Shown here one piece after another: positions 15,416 through 25,200 of a DNA stretch of 60,441 bases (the stretch's first letter is position 1; each line of letters begins with the position of its first letter). The notes beneath the pieces were generated by a model. The model ran no database searches, was not told where the DNA came from, and worked only from the letters and a program-made list of their open reading frames with translations. A program made the position numbers and the translations under genes. The DNA comes from a virus (Duplodnaviria; Caudoviricetes): positions 1 to 60,441 of the IMG/VR virus record IMGVR_UViG_3300028835_000118; one strand, given 5' to 3'.

Positions 15416-16651
15416 ATGAAAATAAATTGGAGACCATACCAAACACGAATAATTAATAAGGCACGAGAAGTCCTACACAAGTATAGATTTGTTTATCTCG
15501 CTATGGAAGTGAGAACAGGGAAGACTCTAACTGCATTGGGTACAGCTCAAGCATGTGCCTTTAGGAATGTAGTTTTTCTTACCAAGAAAAAAGCTATCTC
15601 ATCTATTGTTAAAGATTATGAATTACTTAATCCTAACTTTAAGTTTGATGTAATCAACTATGAGTCTATGCATAAGCTTTATCTTAACCGATGTGACTTC
15701 TTGATACTTGATGAAGCACACGGCTTAGGAGCTTTTCCTAAACCAAGTAAGAGAGCTAAGGCAGTTAAACAGTTTATTAATAAATATAATTGTGCAGTCT
15801 GCTTGATGTCAGGAACTCCTACTCCTGAAAGCTACAGCCAAATGTATCATCAGGTGTATGGCATACCTGCTAATCCTTTTAATCATTTCAAAAACTTCTA
15901 CGCTTTTGCTACTGACTATGTAAAAGTAACACGAAAGAAGATTAACTCTTTATATATAAATGATTATAGTAATGCGAAGACAAGTGTGTTGCGAACAATG
16001 GAACCCTATACCATAAAATATACACAGAAGGAAGCAGGGTTTAAGGTTCAAACAACTGAGCAAGTATTGAAGGTTAAGATGGATGACTCTACTTATCAAG
16101 TAGCTAAGAGATTAAAGCGACACCACATCGTTGAGGGTAAAGAAGAAATTATATTAGGCGATACCCCTGCTAAGCTGATGAATAAATTACACCAACTATA
16201 TTCAGGGACTATTATATTTGAATCTAACAATGCTACTACGCTAGATTTAAGTAAAGCAAATTTTATTAAAGAACATTTTAAAGGAAAGAAGATAGCAATA
16301 TTCTATAAGTTCCGTCAAGAATTAAAAGCTTTGAAGGAAGTTTTTAGTGGTACTTTAACGACAGAGCTAGATGAATTTAATTCAACGGACAAGTGTATTG
16401 CTCTTCAGATTGTTAGTGGGAGGGAAGGGATTAGTTTATCCCAAGCTGAATGTCTTGTTTATTATAACATAGATTTCTCAGCGACCTCCTATTGGCAATC
16501 AAGAGACAGGATGACAACCAAGGAGAGATTAAAGAATAATGTCTATTGGATTTTTGCTGAAGATGGAATTGAGAATGAGATATATAAGACAGTAATTAAG
16601 AAGAAAGACTATACAGTAAATCACTTCAAGAAGGATTTGTTATCTTTGTAA
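15416..16651 (+). CDS. SF2 (SNF2-like) helicase
   Basis: RPYQ, VRTGKT, DEAH, SGTP, GREGISL, QSRDR. Confidence 0.88.
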   Translation: MKINWRPYQTRIINKAREVLHKYRFVYLAMEVRTGKTLTALGTAQACAFRNVVFLTKKKAISSIVKDYELLNPNFKFDVINYESMHKLYLNRCDFLILDEAHGLGAFPKPSKRAKAVKQFINKYNCAVCLMSGTPTPESYSQMYHQVYGIPANPFNHFKNFYAFATDYVKVTRKKINSLYINDYSNAKTSVLRTMEPYTIKYTQKEAGFKVQTTEQVLKVKMDDSTYQVAKRLKRHHIVEGKEEIILGDTPAKLMNKLHQLYSGTIIFESNNATTLDLSKANFIKEHFKGKKIAIFYKFRQELKALKEVFSGTLTTELDEFNSTDKCIALQIVSGREGISLSQAECLVYYNIDFSATSYWQSRDRMTTKERLKNNVYWIFAEDGIENEIYKTVIKKKDYTVNHFKKDLLSL

Positions 16652-16652
16652 T

Positions 16653-16859
16653 ATGAGGTTTATCAAGTTTCTATTGGTTTGGATTAGCCAAAACTTAGCG
16701 ATTCCTTTTTGGGTTGTTGGTCATATACACTTATCCATCCATGATTTTCATGACCTCTACGAGCTATTAAGTTCTATAGCTATGAACATTATAGTAGCCG
16801 TTGGATTTTTAATTGACTATAATAATGACCGAACAGCAGATACAAAGGAAAAGAATTAA
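16653..16859 (+). CDS. Small membrane protein
   Basis: Two hydrophobic segments. Confidence 0.6.
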   Translation: MRFIKFLLVWISQNLAIPFWVVGHIHLSIHDFHDLYELLSSIAMNIIVAVGFLIDYNNDRTADTKEKN

Positions 16860-17064
16860 GGAACTTGAGAGTGAAGGATACTATGTGATAAAACTAACTG
16901 TGACTAACAAGAACGGAATACCTGACTTGATAGCAATACCAAAAGACTCAGAGGTTTTATTTGTAGAATGTAAAAGGAAGAACGGTAAGCTGTCCGAACT
17001 TCAGAAATATAGAATAAAAGAATTAAAAGACTATGCTAAGACAGAAGTATATAGGGGAAGTTAA
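16825..17064 (+). CDS. VRR-NUC nuclease
   Basis: MTEQQIQ..GIPDL..FVECK..LSELQ. Confidence 0.85.
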   Translation: MTEQQIQRKRIKELESEGYYVIKLTVTNKNGIPDLIAIPKDSEVLFVECKRKNGKLSELQKYRIKELKDYAKTEVYRGS

Positions 17065-17398
17065 ACACTACGAGGTAGATGATTACTTTGTTGATAAGAT
17101 TAGAGACCTTCCTACTGAGGTTGGCTTTGATATAGCTAAGCAAATAGACCGAGCTGCTTCTGATTTACCTGAACTAGATTTTTGGGAGCAACAGGTAGCT
17201 GTAGTAACAACAGCTTCACACCACCCAATGTATTTCCTTGTAGAATATATTCACTCGGAAGATGTAGCTCCTGTATTTTTAGACCTACATCAAATAGAAG
17301 TAGATGACTACTTAGATTATTATAATGAAAACAAAGCAATTAAATTAAATATGTATGATAACAGACGCACAGATAAGATACCTAAAGAAAATAGTTGA
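17033..17398 (+). CDS. Hypothetical protein
   Basis: ORF in the operon. Confidence 0.6.
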   Translation: MLRQKYIGEVKHYEVDDYFVDKIRDLPTEVGFDIAKQIDRAASDLPELDFWEQQVAVVTTASHHPMYFLVEYIHSEDVAPVFLDLHQIEVDDYLDYYNENKAIKLNMYDNRRTDKIPKENS

Positions 17399-17798
17399 CA
17401 ACGAATTTGATGTCGACATCCTAGATAAAAAACGCACAATGAATCTAGTGAATGCTCGCTTAGTATATAGTTATATATTAAGGAACAGAGGAACAGGGCT
17501 AGTTAGAATAGCTGAATCTATAAATAAAAACCACGCTACTATAGTATACTTACTTAAAAATGCTCCTTCTTATTTGAAACAAGATGAAGAATTAAACCTC
17601 AAGTATAAGTCGTGCTTAAGTCTTTTTGAAAACCATCACTCACCTCTTATGGACTACACAAGAAGAGAGTTATTGAAAGCATATATAACCCTAGATTCAC
17701 AATATGATATGCTAATTAAACACAATGAAGAGTTGACTCAAGAGAATGAAGAGTTAAAAAAAACTATAGAAGAGCTAGATTTATTAAAAAAATATTAA
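17355..17798 (+). CDS. Second DnaA domain IV-like HTH protein with a coiled coil
   Basis: KKR..LVNARLVYSYILR..IA..INKNHATIVY. Confidence 0.7.
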   Translation: MITDAQIRYLKKIVDNEFDVDILDKKRTMNLVNARLVYSYILRNRGTGLVRIAESINKNHATIVYLLKNAPSYLKQDEELNLKYKSCLSLFENHHSPLMDYTRRELLKAYITLDSQYDMLIKHNEELTQENEELKKTIEELDLLKKY

Positions 17799-17814
17799 TA
17801 AATTAGACATCGCT

Positions 17815-18045
17815 ATGGAATACACCATTAAAGATATTGACAAGATTATTGATTTCAAATCTTGGAGCAGTCGCAGAAAGCTTGATGAGCTTCTCAGAAT
17901 TGATTGCCAACAATACACCAATCTAGGTAGTGATTCTTCGAAAGCAGAAAGAGAAGAAGTAAAAAAATATTCACGCAAAATTTATCGTTTAATTAGAACT
18001 ATAGATAAGAAACTCGGTGATGAGTTCTTACACTATATGGATTAG
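17815..18045 (+). CDS. Hypothetical protein
   Basis: 76-aa ORF in the operon. Confidence 0.7.
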   Translation: MEYTIKDIDKIIDFKSWSSRRKLDELLRIDCQQYTNLGSDSSKAEREEVKKYSRKIYRLIRTIDKKLGDEFLHYMD

Positions 18046-18050
18046 AGATT

Positions 18051-18236
18051 ATGATGACAGCATTAGAGCAGGAGAGAATAACATACATCAACACCTTGAT
18101 GAATGACCTCCACTCTGATAATGTAATCATATATGAGTCATTGTGTGACCGAGAATATGGAGATACTAAACTTGCTATTGCAAGAATGCAAGAAAGATTA
18201 AAGGCTCTTAGCGAGTCTATTCAGGATGAAATATAA
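18051..18236 (+). CDS. Hypothetical protein
   Basis: 61-aa ORF in the operon. Confidence 0.6.
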   Translation: MMTALEQERITYINTLMNDLHSDNVIIYESLCDREYGDTKLAIARMQERLKALSESIQDEI

Positions 18237-18618
18237 AAAGTGTTTGAAGTGTTTAAAGAAAAAACCTACAACCTCTTTTTATGGTTCAGGTAAGTATAAC
18301 AGTCAGGGAGTAGAATATCTTTCTCGTCTGTGTAAAAAATGCAAACATGCCTACAAAACTCAAAGGAGAAAAGAAAGAAAGGCATGGATGGATAAAATTA
18401 AATTAGAATTAGAATGCACCAAATGTGGATACTCCAAAGAAACCCATCCAAACTTTACAACCAAAGCGTTAGAGTTTCATCACGCACAAAACAACAAAGT
18501 GTTTGCTATTGGAGATGCAGTACACCGAGGGTATTCTAAAGAAAAAATAATGAAAGAGATGAGCAAGTGTGTAGTTCTCTGCACACGATGTCATACAGAA
18601 ATACATTATGGAGAATAG
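18226..18618 (+). CDS. HNH endonuclease with zinc fingers
   Basis: CxxC pairs; CTKCG..LEFHH..KCVVLCTRCH. Confidence 0.85.
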   Translation: MKYKKCLKCLKKKPTTSFYGSGKYNSQGVEYLSRLCKKCKHAYKTQRRKERKAWMDKIKLELECTKCGYSKETHPNFTTKALEFHHAQNNKVFAIGDAVHRGYSKEKIMKEMSKCVVLCTRCHTEIHYGE

Positions 18619-18699
18619 ATATAAACATAAAATGAGAGCTTTGTTTATTAGCTACTTAGGGGTAATAGTTACATTGCTTTACATTTATTTTACTCGTAC

Positions 18700-19113
18700 A
18701 TGAGATTTGAAAAGGATAAAGATTTAGCAAGAGAAAAGAGAGCTATTGAATATTTTGTTAAAAGATTTAAAGGCTCTTATAAAAAGCTAGGACCTAACGA
18801 TGTGGACTATAAGGTCTTTGATGAAGACAAAAATCTTATTGCTTATGCTGAAGTAAAGGGACGATACCGAAGCTTAGCTAACTGCTATCCCTTACCTATT
18901 GCGTGTCGCAAGGTTGTGAAGCTATGTGATAAACGCTTAAATCCTGTAATGATATGGGCTTGTGATGATGGTATAGTGTATGGACAACCTGCACAACTTG
19001 ATGGATATGTTAAGTGGGGTGGAAGAAAACCAAGAGAGGGAGCAGTTAATGACCAAGAGCTTATGATATATTATGATAAGCAAAAGAAACTCCGATACTT
19101 TAGGTACTACTAA
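18700..19113 (+). CDS. PD-(D/E)XK-family nuclease-like protein
   Basis: VDY..AYAEVKGR motif. Confidence 0.6.
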   Translation: MRFEKDKDLAREKRAIEYFVKRFKGSYKKLGPNDVDYKVFDEDKNLIAYAEVKGRYRSLANCYPLPIACRKVVKLCDKRLNPVMIWACDDGIVYGQPAQLDGYVKWGGRKPREGAVNDQELMIYYDKQKKLRYFRYY

Positions 19114-19265
19114 CGACCATATCTTTTCCCCGGTCTTAATCCTCTAGGTTTCTTGGGAGATTTTTTAAACCCATCAGTAGCATAATACAATCGCACCTGT
19201 GCCTCAGTAAAGGTTCTTCCACTTGGACTTTGATATTTGTTGTCTCCTATTTTTTTAAATGGCAT
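19110..19265 (-). CDS. Small basic protein (51 aa)
   Basis: Manual translation MPFKKIGDNKYQSPSGRTFTEAQVRLYYATDGFKKSPKKPRGLRPGKRYGR; its stop overlaps the stop of the convergent gene. Confidence 0.7.
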   Translation of the reverse strand: MPFKKIGDNKYQSPSGRTFTEAQVRLYYATDGFKKSPKKPRGLRPGKRYGR

Positions 19266-19267
19266 CT

Positions 19268-22200
19268 CTATTGTATTGGGTCGAACACATTTTTTCTTGT
19301 TCTTCTAGTTCGAGTTCTATTTCTTTGGTTGATTGGTGCGAACACATCACTATTGTTTAGATTATTGCTTTGTCTTTTCTTTCTTTCTTGTTCTTTGTAA
19401 TACTCTGCATTCTGTTCAGCTATACTTTTTGTTTTTTTGGTAGACTTTTTTTGTCCCCCTTCAATTACATAATCAGAAAAGTTGAACAATCTTAAAATGT
19501 CTGTACCTATATCACCTGTCTTACCCATTTTCTCTAAGTTATTTACAAACCTAGTTACTTGAGTGGCAGGTAAACCTGTGGTGTTTACTATCTCTATATA
19601 TAACTTAGCAAAGTTTGCTGCTCTTTTCTCAGGGTCTTTAGTATTTAAAGCTCTTGTTGCAAGTTGAGAAATTCTAGCGATAGACATTAGTGGAGCAATA
19701 CTTTTACCTTGCTTACCTGCGTATGGCTTCTGCTGTATTACATCAGCAATTTGATTTACAGCATCACCCACGATAAACAAAGCATTCAGGTTACCAATAA
19801 CCATAGCTCTAATTAAATCTTCTTCATCATCAGGACGCACAGGTCTAAGTAATCCCGGTAATCCTAATGCTACATATTGGAATAGAGTAGGAGCTAATAA
19901 ATGATAAGTAATAAAGGTTCTTAAGTTTTCACCTAGTGTACCTTTACCTGCGTTTCTATCCCAAGCTTTTAACTTTCTCCAAAGATTACGAGTAGATTGA
20001 ATTTCTTTTCTTAAGTATTGTTTAGGTGTAGTTAAGAACATATTCAAACCTCTTTGTAATGCACCTGCAGTTTGGTAGTAGTCTCTATCCTGTAAGTCCA
20101 TCGACTGCTGTGTTCTCTTGGTATCTTTTTCAAATTTAATTATAGCTTCTTTCTGTGCTTGTTCTTCAGATAACCCACGCTTTAATGCTTGGTCTTTGTA
20201 GTATAAATAGTTAGGCATACCTCCAAGATAGATAGCTGCCTTATCTCCAAACTTAGTTGAGTACATAATAAAGTTTACATAGAAATCCCAATACTGATTA
20301 GGAACAAACTCTGTCATTCCATCCTCGGTGTAAGACTCAATAACTCTAGTAATCGATTGTCGGTTTCTGTCTTGCATATAAACAGAGTTCTCAGATATTT
20401 CTTTAAACGTCTTCTTAATCTGAGGAATATTTTTTAGAGAATACTTTAACCAATTCCTAAAGCCGATATCATTTGCATATGTAATCATAGATGTTAACTG
20501 CTTTAACATAACAGTTGGGTTCAAACCAATTCTAGAAAATATAAATAGGTTGTTCATATAGTTAACGAATCTATCTGCTCGGTTATCCCTCACTCCTTTG
20601 TTAGCTATCTTACCTATCATATCCCTAATCAATCTGTTTACATAGTCTCCATGAATAGCACCGATAGCATCTTTAACTTGCTTGTTGGTAAACATTTTGT
20701 ATATGTCTCTAATGGTTTCACCATAAGCTGCAAAGTATTCCATGTCTCTTAGGTACGTTGCCATTACATTCATATTGTTCATCTTTCTAATAGGAAGATT
20801 GTTTTGGGTTCGAGACTTAGTAGACGAAGCACCAACCGAGGTATTCATAATAGATTTGTCAGACAACATATCAAGAGGTTGTTGTTCAATTGGATTACCT
20901 TGAGTGTCGTTTCTATATATCATCCCTGCATAAAATCTATTCCAAGGAAGATTAGTTCTATATAATGCTTTATATGTTTTGTTATAGTGCTCATACAACG
21001 AAGGGTAGAATTCATTTACTTGCCAATCAGCAAACTCTTTTACCTCATCTTCCATTTTAGATTCTATCTCCTCCATAATTCTTACATAGTCTTTTCCAAA
21101 AGTAGCTTTGAACGAACCTGCATTAGCAGGGTCTTTGTAAAGGTTATAGTAATACATCATTTCATTTTGACTAAGATGTACTGAGTTTTCTAGAAGAGCT
21201 TTTTCTAAAGCTTGCTTGTTTTCTAAACTTGGATTAGTATTAAAATCATTTTCTGCTTTAGCAACTGCATCAGGGTCTAATAAATAAGTAGCTTCTTTTG
21301 CAGGCTTATTATTATCTCTTACTTTATTTCTCCATTTTTTCCCATATAACTCTTCAAACTTTTTAGATATAATACCTTCTTGTTCCATCATCCTTCTCTT
21401 AAACATTCTACTAGACGCATCAACTCTTCCGGTTACCATCTCCTGCAGTCTACCTCCAAACATTTCCCCGGGCAAAGTAGATATCAAATCCATAAGACCA
21501 TCTAAGGCTTCAGCTTCATTAAAGAATTTAGTAACCATTGTGTTAAGCTTGGTTGTAAATTTTCTTAATACCCCTTTAAGTTTATTTCTTTTAGCGTTTA
21601 ATCTTTTCTGATTTTTAAGGTCCACTTCGGAACGAGTACCTTTATCTCCTAAGTCTGTCTTCTCACCTGTAACTTCTTCATAAGCGATAGACGCATCTTC
21701 ATTATATTTATTATGTTGGTCTTCAAGCTGTTGCTTTAACTCACTCCTACCTATTTCAATCATCTCCTCTAATGCTGCAAGAGCTGTATCTAAAGAACCT
21801 GTCTTATTGACATCTGTATTCTCCATTAACAATGAGTTGTTTAGATTAATTAAAATTTGAAGGTCAACCATACGGCTAAAATCTCCTTCAGTCGTTTGAG
21901 ATTTTGCTGCTATACTATTAAACTCTTGAGTTAGTGCTTCGTTCTCAGCCTCTATTTGTTTGGCTGTGGAATTCTTGCCTAACCTATCTTGTTTAATCTT
22001 TTCAATTCTTTCTTTAATATTTAAACTAATCTTAGTCCCCTTCTTTCTGCCTGATACTTTAGTTTCATACTTACCGTTAAGAATATTTTCAATTTTATTC
22101 TCTAGCCTTGCATTATTTTTTTTGTTTACAAACTCTAACACTTCCTCAAATATATTCTCAAGGTTTGTTTCGTTTGCATTAGTAACTTTTCTAATAAGGC

Positions 22201-25200
22201 TCATCACTTCACTACGAGTATATATATCTGCAGGTAAAGATTTTCTGATAAAGTTTCTTATAGCTGCCTTAGCTTTCTGTAAATCTTTAGCACCACGCTT
22301 TCTTTGTTGTACCATTCTACGAGCAGCAGTAAGCTTCTCTTGTACGTTTTCACTTGTCCTAGTACCCACAGCTCTTTGGAACTCCACTTGAAGCATAGCT
22401 TGTTTAGTAGTTAGATTTTTAGTTCCATCACCTTCGTTCTTATATTCAGGTTGTTGAGTTAGGAATTCAATAGTTTGGTCTGCTATTTGCTGTTCTGTAA
22501 GCTTGACCTTTCTCCTCTTATTTCCTTTAATAAGTTTTTGTTCAAAAGCTTTTACTCTTTTAAACAACTTGACACCTGCTTCCATACCACCCTGTATGTT
22601 GGCAAATGTTTTAGGTAAAGTGTTAAATAAATCTACATCGATATTCATTAGCTTGTTAACTACACTTGCAGGATATCCCTTAACTCTAACCAAATAATCT
22701 TTGATAAGTTCATCTCGGAAATTGTATTCAGTTCTACCTTCTACAATTATATCTACTATATCTTTTTGCTCTCGTCCTCTAGGACTCAAGATAATCTTTT
22801 TAGTTTGAGCTTCATCTAATATTTTACCTGTTAATGGAGTGTTTTCTTGAATAGCTTTTTCAACTCGGTGATGTCCATCTATTAACAACAAACCATCTTT
22901 GGTTGTAGCAATAATAACAGGCTGACTAAGGTCTGCATTTTCAATTCCCTCTTCAGTCTTTGTAACAAAAGCATAGGTCATCTTAGGAAGAATATCCATA
23001 GGTAATTTTACAGACTGAGTTTCTTGAGTGTTAACTATATTCATGGCACCATCTATGTCATAATTTGTTTCTCCAAAAGTAAACACCTGACCATCTGCTT
23101 CTTGCTGTTGTTCTCTACCCCTAGGCTTAGCAATTATTTTTTCAGTTATCTGCTCAAATAATGGGGGTTTAGATTGTGCAATTAAACTTGTCGCTGAAGC
23201 CTGCCCTACTACCATTAAGTCTTTGTTCTTATATTTAAACTCTACTTTATTCTCACCTTTAAGGTCGGTGTAAGTACGCTGTGATAAAGGTTTATTTCTT
23301 ACTTCCGGCTTATAAAACTTATCATCTTGATATTGCTCTATTACTCTTTCATTAATCTCCACCTCTTTAGTCTTATCCTTCAATAAAGTTTCAGGCATAA
23401 AAGGTTGTAACGATTCCTTCACGCTATATAGTCCATCAAATATTACTGCTGAGTTAGCCTCGGAAGGAACTTTACCAACAAAGAAAGGATGAGTGATTCC
23501 TTTATCTTGTGTTTCTTCCACTAAAGATTTGGTGTCTTCCGGAACTACATAAGTAAATCCACCTACTACATATCCTCCCTTGTTTTCTTTTAAAACTGTT
23601 TCGCCTAGCAATGCTTTATCTCCATACTCTAAGTTAAAGTCTTGAGTGTTAGTTCCATTATCAAGTAATGCTTTTTTATAGGCAGGAGTAGACTTGTTTG
23701 TTTTTAATGAAGGTGAACTTGGTATAATACCCTGCATATAATATCTTCTTCTATCAAAGCTTTCATTCTTCATAGCGTCTGTGAATTCAGTTTCAGAAAA
23801 AGAACTTGGGTCTATAATTATAGCTTGAACTTCCGGGGAAAGAGCTCCACCCATTCTACTGTTTGAATAGGAAGCCATCTCTTTAGAATACTTCTTATAC
23901 GCAGCAGGGTCTTTTCTTTGTAAGTCTTCTAATGCATCATATAAAAATTCTGACCCATACATATTTCCATACATAGCATCAGGGGTCTGTATCATAATTG
24001 CCACACCAACCCTATCGCCTGCCTTGTATTTATTTTTAAGCTTATTCATATTGCTTAAAGCTTTGCCGGCATTCTCAGATGCAAACCCTACACCATTCTC
24101 ATTGTTATCTTTTAGAGCTGCATAACCAAAACCACCAAGTAAATCTTTTTCAGGGTCTAAAGCTGTAGCATCAGAATTAATTACATAAATATTTCCATTG
24201 TGTTGCGCAGCAAAATCGTTAAGAGTAGTTGTAGGTAGGTCGGATACATTCTCTCCTTTATAAACTTGCTGTTCTCTGCCCGGAACTTTTTCAGCTTTAG
24301 CTTTAGGATTTACTGTAGCTGCTACTCCATTATCAGAATAAGGCTCTGACTTTTCTAGTACCTTAAAGTCATTAACAAAAACTTCTTGACCCATTGCCAC
24401 TTTATCTGCCAAAGTGTTAAGTAAATCTACTACTGCTGCATCGTCTTGAGTTATATTAGGACTAATGTCTATTAGCTTATCTATTCCTAAAGTTCTAGCT
24501 GTAGATTTTAAAAAGTTTAATATAGCATTTTGCGCAGGTCTCTCTAGTCGCTGATAGTTGCTTGACATAATACCAAATAATTCTGCTAATCTCTCCTCGT
24601 TTTGAACAGTCATTCCTTGGCTTTTATATTGCTTCGCAAATGCGTCAGCTTTTTTATAAAGCATTGTGTTTTTATCTACAGCACTCATTACCCCTTTAGT
24701 AAGCATGTTAACTGCCTTTGCTATATTGGCTTCGCCTAATCTTTCAAACAACATAGCGTGAAAAGCTTCATGAGCCACGGTAGTTTCAATAGCTTTATTC
24801 ATATCTATATGAATGGTATTAGTATCAAAGTCGTAAAACCCTCTACCTTTTCTACCTGTAGCATTATTAAACTCATCCGAAGATTCGTGTAAAACTATTT
24901 TAGTTTTAAAATTTTTAGCTAATGACTTAGCTGCTTTCACGGCTCTATTTATAACCTTGTTACGCATAGAAGTTTGTTCCTTATCTAAAGCACCTTTAGG
25001 TTTACCTTTTCTATTAAAGAATAAATTATTTGTTACTCCTGTTTGGTCTTCTTTACTTCCAAAAGCTTCTTCAATGTCTTGCTTTTCTTCTATAGTTATA
25101 TCTCCATCACTATCCGTTTCTTCTGTTTCTGTTTGGGTTGCAACTGTACCTAACTCCGGTATACTTGCCTCTGCTTTTGCAGCAGCTTCTTGTTGTTGGG

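Noticed and set aside
25100-25114. DSDGD in the giant protein as a crAss-like virion RNA polymerase motif
   Set aside because: It lies in an acidic low-complexity linker (ETEETDSDGD) with no double-psi barrel context.
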